Origin: Antechinus flavipes
Taxonomy: Eukaryota
Reading direction: 5' to 3'
DNA: 33,000 nt
NCBI RefSeq assembly: GCF_016432865.1
Contig: NC_067402.1
Coordinates: 1,798,001-1,831,000, forward strand
Shown one piece after another: positions 1-10,379 of this stretch. Under the pieces are notes generated by a model. It worked only from the letters and a program-made list of their open reading frames with translations. It was not told the origin of the DNA and made no database searches. How positions within the stretch are numbered: the stretch's first letter is position 1; each line of letters begins with the position of its first letter. The position numbers and the translations under genes are program-made.

Positions 1-205
1 CGCCGTAATCAGAGAAATGAGGAGCCCGGCCGGGCTGGCCGGGGCCCAGGGAGGCCGGGAGCGGGCCGCGGGCTCAGCCTGGGCCTCCTGCGGCCTGCCG
101 GCCTCCCAGGGAAGGCGCCCCGGGCCCATCGGTGGGGAAGTGCCGGAACCGGCCTGGCCCAACTCCCGGGGCTGATGGGGAGGATGCGCCCAGAGCCCGG
201 CTCCG

Positions 206-394
206 GGGGTCCTCAAGCCTCCGCGTGCCCCCGGGGTCCTCAAGCCTCCGCGTGCCCCCGGGGTCCTCAAGCCTCCACGTGCCCCCGGGGTCCTCAAGCC
301 TCCGCGTGCCCCCGGGGTCCTCAAGCCTCCGCGTGCCCCCGGGGTCCTCAAGCCGCCGCGTGCCCCCGGGGTCCTCAAGCCTCCACGTGCCCCC
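206..394. repeat. 27-bp minisatellite, 7 copies (GGGGTCCTCAAGCCTCCGCGTGCCCCC)
   Basis: Units counted directly at 27-bp period from 206. Units 3 and 7 read CACGTG instead of CGCGTG. The ORF track shows the matching 9-aa repeat SSSLRVPPG. Confidence 0.97.
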
Positions 395-696
395 ACATCC
401 TCCGGCCGCACTCCCAGCCCTCTCCTTTGCCTCGCCCTCCCGGGCTTCCCAAGGACGGCGTTCCCAGGGGGCGCCAAAGGAACCGAATCCACCGGCCCCA
501 CTCCGTCACAGCCGCTGTCACCCAGCTCGGCCCTCCAGTCCCACAGGCCTCCGGGCCTCCTCCGCTCCCAGCAGGCCCCATTCTGCACCCCTCCCCCAAG
601 GACACGTGGCCCTTCAGGCCCCCTCCCAAGAGTCTGCGCGTGGTGCGGTGGGCGGGGCGGCCTGGCGGGGGTGGGGGAGAGCCGGGGTCAGAGCGG

Positions 697-698
<2 letters not shown>

Positions 699-727
<29 letters not shown>
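699..727 (+). repeat. Poly-G run (about 29 G)
   Basis: Seen directly; homopolymer length may be unreliable in the assembly. Confidence 0.9.
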
Positions 728-794
728 CGCTGAGCGTGTCCGGATGTTAGTGGGATGTCGGAGGACGGGTCTCGCCTCCGGTCTGGAAGAGATG

Positions 795-849
795 CGGAGG
801 GTGGGGGCCAGATGACTCCGGAGGGTGGGGGCCAGATGACTCCGGAGGG
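795..849. repeat. 24-bp tandem duplication (CGGAGGGTGGGGGCCAGATGACTC x2 plus a partial third copy)
   Basis: Two identical units at 795-818 and 819-842, then CGGAGGG. Confidence 0.9.
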
Positions 850-1326
850 CGTCTGGGCCCCGAGGGCAGCAATCCGGAGCCCGCAGGCAGCCGGGCAGAT
901 CTCGGGTAGCCCCCCCCCCCATCTCGGCCATTTTCTACGGCCCAACTTAGCGGCTGAACGTCCCTTGCGCAGACGGCCCGAGGCAGAAGAGACGCCCCCC
1001 TGCGGGAGAAGGGTCATGGAGCCCGGCCCGGGCCGCAGGGTCCCGGCCAGAGGCATCCCTGCGGCCCCATGAGATCCCAGGCCCCAGCCCTGCGGGGAGC
1101 GCGAGGTTTCCGGAGGAGGTTTCCGGGAGGGCAGGGACAGGGTCACAGGAAGGAAGAGGCAGAGGACGGTGACCTGACCCCGGGAGGGAGTGCTCCCCCG
1201 GAGCGGGGACGCAGGCGGGAGGACTGCTCGCTAGCAAGGGCTTGATGCGGCTCCAAGCATTGGGGAAGTGACTTGGGTCATGTCCTGGAACTAGAAATAC
1301 GCGGGACTTCAAAAGCCGTCGGGGTC

Positions 1327-1420
1327 AACCTCCCATTTTACAGAGAGGGAAACTGAGGCAGGGAAGCGACCTGCCCAGGGTCACCCAGGATGCAAGGCTC
1401 GGAGGCAGGATCTGAGCCCA
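1327..1420 (-). mobile_element. MIR/CORE-SINE fragment
   Basis: CCCATTTTACAGAGAGGGAAACTGAGGCAGGGAAGCGACCTGCCCAGGGTCAC is the reverse complement of the CORE-SINE core. Confidence 0.75.
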
Positions 1421-3729
1421 CGTGGAGCCCTGAGCCGGGGCTCGTTGCCTCGCACTTAACGGGGGAATTCCAGAACCGGGGATATTGGGGGGGTCCAAGT
1501 CTGTTCTCGGTGAAGAAGGCTGCGCCTTGTTGGGGTTTCCCCAAGGATCACGTGAAACAGGCGGAGGTGACCTCCGCATCCCGGGCCATTCCCCGACGGA
1601 AAAGGCTGGGGGGCAGAGCTCGGGGCTGCAGGCGGGGCTCCTGCCCCCCCTCTCCTGGACATGTAGCCCGGGGGTCCTGGCGCTCCCCCGGGGCTGCCGC
1701 ACTCCCAACACCTGCCGTCCCTCCCACTGGTTTGCTCCCCACCCCCACGGGCAGGTCGGGGCCCTGTGGGTCCCCTGCAAGGACCAGGAGCACGCGTCCA
1801 GCTTGCTCCCAACTCCCCCACAGGACTGCCTGCTTAGCTTTCTGGGGGGCCGGCCCAGCCCAGGTTTTCCCGATGACCCACCAGGGCTGGGCCGTTAATC
1901 TGAGGGGCTTCCTATGATGAGGCAGACAGGGAGCAGCTCCCGGCTCCCCCCGCCCAGACCCCAGCTGGGCCCCTCAAAAGCATCACTGCTGTCATTTAGC
2001 CAGCGAGGCGCCCGCGCCAGACCAGTGGGAGCCCCGCCCACAGGGAGGATGCAGCCCCCCAGAGCCGCAAGCTGGTCCCCACCCTGTAAAGAGGGGATCC
2101 AAACCGAGCGGTGCACGGTTATGCTGGGGGGGGGGGCGCTGCCAACCGAGCACCAGGAAATCCCTGAGGGAAGCTCCGTGACAGCCCCGGGCACATGGTA
2201 AATACCGAAAAGGGGCTCGCTGACCTCCCCTGGCCCGGAGACTGCGGCCACCTGCGGGCATCGCTTGGAGCTCTGGGCTAGAGGGGCCAGTCAGCCAGGA
2301 GGCGGGCAACGCTCCCGAGGGCGGCCCGGGCCAGAGCAGGATGTGAGCGGCAAGTGCTGGACAAAGCCAGCGAGGATACCGCAAATCAGAGCAAAGGAAG
2401 GTCTCCAGAGAAGCCAGTCTGGGGAACCCCTCCATCCAGGTAGGGCTTACTGCCTGGGCCCTAAACAACAGCACTGCTCAGAGAGAGCGCCGGCCCACCC
2501 TGCGAAGGGACTTCGCTAGCCGGGAGTCCCCTCTGCCAGTTAAGGCTCCCTCTGATCGCTCTCCCTTCCCTCCTACAAGTTCAAGCCAAACGGACTCAGA
2601 TAACACTTCATCTCCCACTTCCGTGTCTTTGTCCCTCGTACATGTGAAAATCATTGAAAAAACTTTGATTTCCAGATTCTCTCCCCCCCACCCCCTCACT
2701 GAGATGGCAAGCAATTCAATGTAGAAAACGTTTCTATATTAGTCGTGTCGCAAAAGAAAATAGACCAAAAAATCCCAAGAAAAAGAAAGTTTCCAAAACA
2801 CGGTTCAATCCGTATCCAGACACCATCAGCTCTGAGGATGATAGCACTTTTCGTGGGAGTCCTTCCAAGCTGTCCCACTTACAGTTGATCATCTTACAAC
2901 ATTGCTTTGACTTGGTTATAAATGCTCTAACTTTCCTCTACATCCATAGATTTCTATACCCGACCGAGTATATGTTATTCCCTCTTTGAGCCAATTCTGA
3001 TGAGAATTGATTGGGTTCTCTTATTTGTCCTCATTTCCCCATCTTCCTCTCCCAAAACTTTTCTCACCTCTTTCATGTAAAATAATTTATCTCATTCTAC
3101 CTCTCCCTTTCCCTTTCTCCCAGTACAATTCTATCTCAGTCCTTGATTTTTTTTTAAATATAGTATCCCTTCATAGCCAGCATATACCTGTGTCTTCTAT
3201 ATATACACCTTCTAACTTCCTTAGAAAGTCTCCTTCCCATGTAGGAATATAAAGCTTAACTTTATTAAGTCCCATATGATTTCCATTCCCTGCTTACCTT
3301 TTTATGCTTCTCTTGAATCTTGTATTTGAAAGGCAAAATTCTTTTCAGCTCCAGTCTTTTCATCAAAAATGTTTGAAAGTCTTTTATTTAGTTGAAGGAT
3401 ATTTTTCACTGAAGGATTATACTCAGTTTTTCTGGGTTGGTGATTCTTGTTTACAATCTTAGCTCTTCTCCATATTCCACATTCCTCCATATTCTAAGTC
3501 CTCTCATCCTTTGATGTAGAAGCTGCTAAATCTTGTGTCATCCTGATTATGGCTCCACGATACTCAATTTTTTTCCCCTTTCTAGCTTCTTACAATATTT
3601 TCTCCTATTTCCGGATCTGGGAGCTCTGGAATTTGACTATAATATTCCTGGGAGTTTTCATTTTGGGGGGGGGTCTCTTTAAGGAGGTTATAGATGAATT
3701 CTTTCAATTTTTATTTTCCCATCTGGTTC

Positions 3730-4066
3730 TGAAATAGACCTAAGCGGAGCGTGGTCAGCTGATTGCAGGGGGATGCTGTGTGCCTACTCGGCCAGGTGTA
3801 GGAAGTTTGGGTGGTACTGAGCAATTTTAAGGTCTGAAGCCCCAGCAGAAGCTTGTTAGTTTTAATCAATGATTGACAGGTTACCTCCTTTGGGAGGAGC
3901 CAATTCTTGTCTTATAAATATCAGGCAACCTCCTCAGACCAAAGGGTTTCATGAGGCTTTTTTTTTTTTTTTATTTATTTTTTGGTGATGATAAACTCCT
4001 TCCTCAGAGAAATAAGTGGAGACCTCTGGCTTAATATTTACCTATCAAAACTACTTTCCCACTGCA
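3730..4066 (+). mobile_element. Solo LTR (337 bp) inserted in L1 ORF1, antisense to it
   Basis: Begins TG (3730), ends CA (4066), flanked by a 4-bp direct repeat GTTC (3726-3729 and 4067-4070). ORF1 sequence is colinear across it. CCAAT at 3900-3904, TATAAATA at 3913-3920. Confidence 0.8.
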
Positions 4067-4466
4067 GTTCTAGAATATCAGAGCAGCTTTCCTTGATAAT
4101 ATCTTGAAACAGGATATCTATGTGTGTTTTTTTTTAATGATGGCTTACTTGAATCTATTTTCCAAGTCAGTTGTTTTTCCAATGAGACATTTCAGTCTTC
4201 TAATTTTCCATTCTTTTAGTTTTGTTTTATTGTTTCTTGATTTCTCATAGTCATTGATTTCTATTTTCTCATTTCTAATTTTAAAAGTTATTTTCTTCAG
4301 CGAGCTTTTGACTCTCCTTTTCCATTTGATCAATTCTGTTTTTTAAGGAGTTTTTTCTTCAGTGAACTGTGTGCCTCTTTTATCATTTGATCAATGATGG
4401 TTTTTTTTAAGTCTTCTCCTCTCATTGCCTTTTTGTACCTCCTAAATTTGGCCTAGTCTAGTTTTT

Positions 4467-4667
4467 TTTTAATTAAAGTTTTTTATTTTCAAAGTATATA
4501 CAATGATAATTTTTGACATTAACCCCTACAAAATCCTGTTCTATTTTCCCCTCTCTTCCTTCTTCCCTGCTCTCCACCTATCCCCCAATTGGCAAGTGAT
4601 CCAATACATGTTAAACATATGCAATTCCTCTATACATATTTCCACGAATATCATGTTGTACAAGACA
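4467..4667 (-). mobile_element. 5'-truncated L1 3'UTR insertion (about 200 bp) nested in ORF1
   Basis: T-rich tail at about 4462-4490 followed by L1 3'UTR-like sequence. Flanked by the near-identical TAGTCT(A)GTTTTT at 4454-4466 and 4668-4679 (TSD). Confidence 0.7.
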
Positions 4668-5879
4668 TAGTCTGTTTTTAAGGAGTTATTTTCTTTAGTA
4701 TTTTTGATCTACTTTACACAACTGTTGGCTTTTTTTCTCTCCTATGATTTTTTTTGCATCATTCATTTCTCCAATTTTTCCTCTACTTCTCTTACTTGAT
4801 TTAAGCAATTCTTTTTGAGCTCTTCCATGACCTGAGACAAATTCATATTTTTCTTGCAAGTTTTGAATTTTGGAGCTTTGACTTTGTCATATTCTGAGTT
4901 TTGTCAGTTTCTAGAGTCAGAACTATTTTTCTATTATTTACTCATTCTGTAATATATCTCTTGACTTTTAACTTTGTTAAATTGGAATTTTTTGAAATTT
5001 GCTTTTGAAAATGGCTTTTCTTCTAAGGTGGAGGGCATAATTTCCCAAGCTTTAGAGGTTTTGCATAGCTGTTTGCAGAGATACTTTTAGGGATTTGTAA
5101 GTTTTCAGTTCTTCCAAAATAATATGGCCTAAGGAGAGATGTGTTTGTTCCTCTCTGTGAGCCCACAGCACTCTTTTCTGCCCTGCAGCTGTGAAGAGGG
5201 TCCCTGTTCCACTGCGGCACAAGCTCTAATGTGCTAGTGCTTCTCCTCCCCCTGGCACTGCCTCCCAGATTGAAGTATGGGCAAAACCGTGCCAGCAAAG
5301 AAACCCTCTGATCTCCTCCTGGTCAGTAGTTCTCCCCTTACCTTCTGTGGGCAGAGCATTCTGGAAGCAGCGGGGCACTGCTGGTTCAGTGGCTCCCAAG
5401 GTCTGCTCCTGATTAGCTGATTGGCGGCCGCCACACTGTCCTCCCCTCTAAACCTTCTAAGCCTCTCGGGAGGGAGAATTGCTTCACCCCCTCCTCCTTT
5501 TGTGGTTCTGCTGCTCCAAGAATTGTTTCATGGCATTATTTAAAGGGGTTTGGGACGGCTTTGGGAGAATTCGGGCAAGTCCCTGCCTTTTCTCTGCTCC
5601 CCAGCCGCCCCCACCTTTTATTTCCTTTGGAGGGGGTATGTCCACTTTCCCCAGGAAGAAAGGAAGACAGAAAGGCAGACACAGTTTAGGCTCTTGGGGC
5701 TGCTCACCCCAGTGGCTGGGGGTCAGGAAATGCTTTAACTATTTGAAAGGGAAAAGGAAGCAAGGGTGAGGCTTCTCCAACGATGGGCCCGATTGTGGGG
5801 ATTTCCAGGATGAGCGAGGAGGCTGTGCTCCTTGCTCTGGGTCTGAGAAAGCTTCATCAAGCTGCTTGTTCTATTCGTT

Positions 5880-6070
5880 CCAGCGTGGGATCTCGAGAGA
5901 AAAGCAGCAATTTACATGTGCCTGGAATCTGAGCGCCATAGAATCTTTCATACGTATGTAAAGCTCCCCAGGGTGGCAATTGCAATCAAACTTGGAAATT
6001 ATTTTGGTAATATTGAGGTTGTGCCAAAATGAGTTTGTTTCTCTGTTGCTCTAATCGGATGAAAAGAATC
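5880..6070. promoter_or_regulatory. AT-rich non-repeat block, candidate conserved enhancer
   Basis: AT-rich island in a GC-rich background, no TE similarity recognised; ATTGCAAT, TGCCAA and CTAATC motifs. Conservation not tested. Confidence 0.3.
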
Positions 6071-6469
6071 TGAGACGGAGAGGCTGCCGGGACGGGGGGA
6101 GGCCTCGGGGACCCAGGAAGTCGGCCCCGGCTCGGGAGGGAGGCTCGGGAATGATCTCTGTTATGGGAGCAACGGTGGCTGGGACCCGGACGGGCCCCGG
6201 GCTCCCCACAGCTGCTGGGCCTGGGTTCCATCCGCCTCAGGCTGTTGGGCAAGCTCCGCCCCTGCCCTGCTGGGAGGGTGTGTCCCGGGGCTCCCGGACC
6301 CCCACCTCCCTCACTCCGAGCCAGCCCTCTGCAGCCCCTGGACCTCTGCGAGCCCCTGGCTCGGTTCGGGCTCACAGGCCAGACATGGGGGAGCCAGACA
6401 GGAGAGGGGTGTGTGTGGGGTGCAGACTGTCTCGCCCAGAACAGCACTGAGACGGCCGCTCAGGGCTTG

Positions 6470-6670
6470 TATTTTTCCCGACATTTTCTCTGACTAATTT
6501 ATTTATTACGGATCTGTGGCATCCCTATTGCCGGGGCCAGCGCGCTGCATCTCTTCAGGACTTTCTGATGCTTGAGCCCCACCAGGCTCCCCCCCATGCT
6601 CATTAGCTCCCATCACTTACCAGACTCAATTAGCTTTTAGCAACGGGCTTTAACTACTGCGGTGCAATGG
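6470..6670. promoter_or_regulatory. Homeodomain-motif-rich block, candidate enhancer
   Basis: CTAATTTATTTATTAC, CTCATTAG and CAATTAG within about 200 bp. Conservation not tested. Confidence 0.35.
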
Positions 6671-7610
6671 TACACAACATCCCAGACAGGGCACGCGGGC
6701 GGGGCCGGGGAGCCTCCGAGTCCCCTGGGCTCCCTTTCACGGGACCCTCACAAAGCTCTCCTGGGGCTGCAGGACGCCTTGGAGAGCTTTAATCCGGATT
6801 TCCAACCGTTTCCAGCCCGTTCTAGATGAAGGCCCAGCAGCCGGGCCAGGGCCAAGCCCAAATGCGCCGCAGCTGAAGTGGGCCCCCTTCCCTCCCCCCC
6901 AGACCAAGGCCAGAATTCTCTCCCCTGGCTCACAGCTCGAGGCTCCTGCAGTCCCCAGGTCTGCCCAAATGCTTCCGTCAGATCAATGACTTTGGGCACA
7001 TAGTAGGACGTCTTGGGTGGAGTAATCGATGACTTGGTCATTGAGGTGTGTGCTCGCCTGCTTTAACGAGGGCGGGGCTCGCCTGGAGATAGGCAGGAAC
7101 CCAGGATCCTGGATTTCCCCCCACTCTTGGGCGTGTGACTGTTTAGCGCCCGGTTACTTGGTCATGCGTTCCTCCCCAGTTGGAATGGCCCCCACCGCCC
7201 CCTATGGGGGCTCAGCCCTCCAGAACACCAAGGGTGTGGCTGCCCGCACTGGACGAGCAAAAGCAGCCCCACCCTCAGAGCGGGCCCTCCCCCACCCCTC
7301 CGTCCCCCTCCCTCCGAACCAATAACCTAACCCTAATTACGCGCTCACCTCCCCGACAAATGTCCCCGCATCCCTCCAAGACTCGCGTCTCCCCTTCGCT
7401 GCATCTTCATTACTTTCTGACACTAACAGTCGTATGATCGAATGCTTTAATTTAGTCCCCCCAGCTCGCCCCGCGTCTCCCATAACACCTGCCGTCCCCC
7501 TGAGTTATTTCCTACCCCAAATTTCCTGGAGACACAAGCGATAGAGAAGCCGCTTCACGGCCCCAAGGGATTCATTTAATTGTGTGGGGGGCGGGGGACC
7601 TGCAGGAGCC

Positions 7611-7670
7611 CCAGCTGAAAGAAAGGGTTCCAGCCCTCTCCTCCCCCCTCCAGCTGAAAGGAAGGGTCCC
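7611..7670. repeat. Short direct repeat CCAGCTGAAAGRAAGGGTYCC x2 (39-bp period)
   Basis: Copies at 7611-7631 and 7650-7670, 19 of 21 bases identical. Confidence 0.75.
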
Positions 7671-8225
7671 TGTCCTCCCCTCCCGATGGGGATGTGCTCC
7701 TTTTGGGCAAGGCTCAGATGCAGGAACTTTGCTCCCAAGCCCAATCTTGGCCGGGGGTGTCCTCGCCGGGAGGCCCGGTTCCCGTGCTCTAGAGAAGGAG
7801 AGGGTTTTGCTAAAAGCCCTATGACTTCCCCCGTCGGCCCCGCCCTGCCATGGACCGACAATGTAAACCGGAGGCCAAATGAGGAGGGAGGTCGGGGAAG
7901 TGCCTCCTGTGCCAAATACGGGGACTTCGGAGACTTGTTCTCTCCCCGCTCCCACTGTGAGCACCAGGGCCAGCGGCCCCCTTCCTCCCGTGGAAGAGCT
8001 GGGGAGCGGAGGGGCACAAAGGGCGCTTGTTGGCCCGGGGGGAGACCCGCCCATTCTGCCTGGGATCCCGCTTTCTCCCATGTAAGATGGGTGAGATGAG
8101 CTTCCTCTCTGCCTCCGTGATTTGGAAGCAATTAATTAGGGGGCAACCGCCCAAAGAGAGTTGGCCAGGCAGGGAGCGGGGCAGCCACCCGAAACTCCTT
8201 CCCAAGGGCAAACTCCAAACAGCCG

Positions 8226-8540
8226 CCCGGGACGGTCGGAGCAGTGCAGGAGCCTTCCTGGCCCCGACAGTCCGAGCTGCAGAGGAGCAGGCACTGTCCC
8301 AGCACGCCCACCCCCACCCCGACAGTCCCCACAGCATAGGAGCTAGCGCTGTCCGGCGCCCCCACCCCCCACCCCAGGACAGTCCCAGTAGCAGAGGAGC
8401 GGGCCTGATCCTGGTGCCCCCACCCCCGACAGTCTGAGGGGCACAGGAGCGGTTCCGCCCCGACAGTCCCAGCGGCAGAGGAGCAGGTGTGGTCCCGGTG
8501 CCCCTACCCCCCACAGTCCGAGGGGCACAGGAGCTGTGCG
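8226..8540. repeat. Degenerate minisatellite of about 35-57 bp, about 7 units, core CCCCGACAGTCC...GCA(G/C)AGGAGC
   Basis: The core recurs at about 8226, 8262, 8317, 8372, 8424, 8458 and 8508 with variable spacers. Confidence 0.7.
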
Positions 8541-10004
8541 GTGTGGGATAACCGGTGGGCCAGCTGGGGGTTTCAGTGCCCCAGGAGTGGGCCGTCCTGC
8601 CCACTGCAGCCAGATGGGAAGGGGGGCCGAGAACCACCACGCAGTCCAGGGATCCCACGGTGAGCACCAGGAATCCTGCCAAGTCTTTGGCTCCACCCGG
8701 CTGGCACTGGCCGTAGGAGACGTACAGGCCCCCTAGACCTTCTGCCCCTCGGCCACCCTGGCACCCTGGGTTCCTGCCCAGAAAGCCATCTTTCCCTCTG
8801 CTGGCCATTGGGGTGCAATCCACAGCAGCTCCCTCCAAGCTGCCACCAGCCTGTCTGATGGTTGGAAGGAGAGGGCTGAGCCTCAGGAGGGGAAGACCAG
8901 ACTGTGTCCCCCCCAGCTGGGGCTGTTTTCCTGTAAGGTGAGGTGCCCCCCAGCCCCCCTGTAAAGCGTTCTCCGCCTCTGAGCTCAGCAGACTGACTGA
9001 GGGACGGGTGGGCCGGCTGACACGGATTCTCCTCCGTTTGGCTACTCTAGCCAATGGGGCTACATTGAAACCAGGAAGGGGAGGGAAGAATATCTGAAAG
9101 ATGATGAGACCCCCCTGGGGTAGAGTAACTCCCACACCCCAAAGGCAGTGGACTCCTGCCAGGTGGGCGGCCTGGGCAGCTCATGGGTGAGGTAGGAAGC
9201 CCCCACACCATTTATGAAGCGGGGAGACTGCAGCTGTCACTGGAAAAATTACCACAAAGGGAATGGAGGTGGCAAAGGAAATGCCCTAGGGGCGAGCCCC
9301 CTAAAAGACCCCATGAGTCCCCAAGTCCCCCCAAGAGCCTGTTTAAAGATCCCCAGAGCTCATGTGCCTCCACTCTCTCTTTGGTATAGAGCCAGAGGAA
9401 GGATGGATAAGGACTCCCTAGTTCCCTCAGGCACCATTTTAGAGAGACTGGCATGAGACCAAGGGGCTTCCGGTGCAGCTCCTGGGGGTTCCCCACAAAT
9501 ACAAGAATCTGACTGGAGTTGGACGGCATTCAGCCCTCCCTTGTTCCTAAGCTCTTCCTCTCTGGTTCCCAGGTCCTGACCTCCCTCGGCCCCTGCCCCG
9601 CTGCCCCTGTCGCAGTCAGTAAGTTCCCAGGCCTCTCTTCCTTGGAGACATCTCCCAGCTGTGTGCCCGCCTGTGAAGGCCTCCTGTCCATCATCATGGC
9701 ACTACCTTACAGTTAAAGGGGACGGAGAGCCACGTCCCTCCTCCTGGTCCTGTGACTCCTGGGGTCCGCTCCCCAGGGGCGAGTTCTCCCCCAATCCTTG
9801 GAGCCACGAGGGCGTGTTCCTGATGTGGGCAGTGGTCACTTACTCCCCCCCGCAAACACCTAAAGTGGCAACTATGGAAGGGGACAGACCATCCCAGGGA
9901 GGCAGAATTGGAGACCCGGCCCCGGTGCCCACTGCCTGTGACCCAGACTGCCCGAGGCCTCAGCCCGACCAGCAGACTCTGCTGGGGAGCAAGTCGCAAA
10001 GCCT

Positions 10005-10316
10005 TGGATTGATTTATTCATAAAAATCCCAGAAGAGCCGCCTGTGCGAGGTGTGTTGGGGAATTAATCATTCTGACAGCAAATTTAGTTCAGATGAAAA
10101 ATATTTGCTTTCCTGACTGCACTGATTAATCACATCAAATAATTACAGGATTAAAATAATAATTTGTCAAAAAGCAGGCTCGAGTCTACCTGCAGAACTA
10201 ATCCATTGCTACTGATTAAATCTACCATAAATCCAAGTCATTTTTACTAAGGTGAGAAGGCAGATTTTGTGGCTTATATTTCCATCTCGGCAGTTTAAAT
10301 GAAAATGTCCTTCATT
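10005..10316. promoter_or_regulatory. AT-rich homeobox-site cluster, candidate conserved developmental enhancer
   Basis: TGATTTAT (10010-10017), TTAATCATT, palindrome TGATTAATCA (10123-10132), TAATTA, GGATTA, CTAATCC and CCATAAA in about 300 bp of non-repeat DNA. Confidence 0.5.
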
Positions 10317-10355
10317 TGGGCCGTGGGTGTTGGGCCGTGGGTGTTGGGCCGTGGG
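10317..10355. repeat. 14-bp tandem repeat TGGGCCGTGGGTGT x2.8
   Basis: Seen directly. Confidence 0.9.
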
Positions 10356-10379
10356 GAGCTCCTTAAGAGCCGTTTCTGA

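Larger units (their letters stand above)
1..1200. promoter_or_regulatory. CpG-rich, GC-rich island-like segment running off the left window edge
   Basis: Dense CG dinucleotides and very high GC by eye; contains the VNTR and poly-G run. No TSS or gene identified. Confidence 0.45.
3302..4945 (-). pseudogene. Decayed L1 ORF1p, interrupted by two insertions
   Basis: Minus-strand peptides match marsupial L1 ORF1p: MSK start at 4945, SQVMEELKK...QVREVEEKL, GKTTDLENR, ILFQDIIKESCSDILE, and C-terminal FQIQDSREA-stop at 3302. Multiple stops and frameshifts. Confidence 0.85.
2630..5610 (-). mobile_element. Marsupial L1-derived element: 5'UTR, ORF1 and inter-ORF spacer joined directly to an L1 3' end, with ORF2 missing (HAL1/half-L1-like)
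   Basis: Minus strand: 5'UTR-like GC-richer segment about 5610-4950; ORF1 remnant 4945-3302; spacer including CATCAGAATTGGCTCAAAGAGGGAATAAC to about 2930; then GCAATGTTGTAAGATGATCAACTG (ORF2 terminus) and 3'UTR (TTGCTTGCCATCTCAG...GGGGGGAGAG) to about 2630. Confidence 0.75.

Noticed and set aside
206-394. CRISPR-like array
   Set aside because: Head-to-tail repeats without unique spacers, no cas genes, mammalian context. The same applies to 8226-8540 and 28123-28342.
461-476. CTCF-like site (CCCAGGGGGCGCC)
   Set aside because: The 3' half fits but the 5' CCAC core does not; such matches are common in GC-rich DNA.
132-815. Overlapping ORFs with SSSLRVPPG/PRGPQASAC repeats and poly-Gly
   Set aside because: Direct translation of the 27-bp VNTR and poly-G run; open in several frames; no coding signature.
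7323-7336. Telomere-like TAACCTAACCCTAA
   Set aside because: Only about two imperfect units; expected by chance.
7819-9135. Longest ORF (438 aa, minus strand)
   Set aside because: Low-complexity G/P/R/L-rich sequence crossing a minisatellite in very GC-rich DNA; no domain recognised; long overlapping ORFs occur in several frames.
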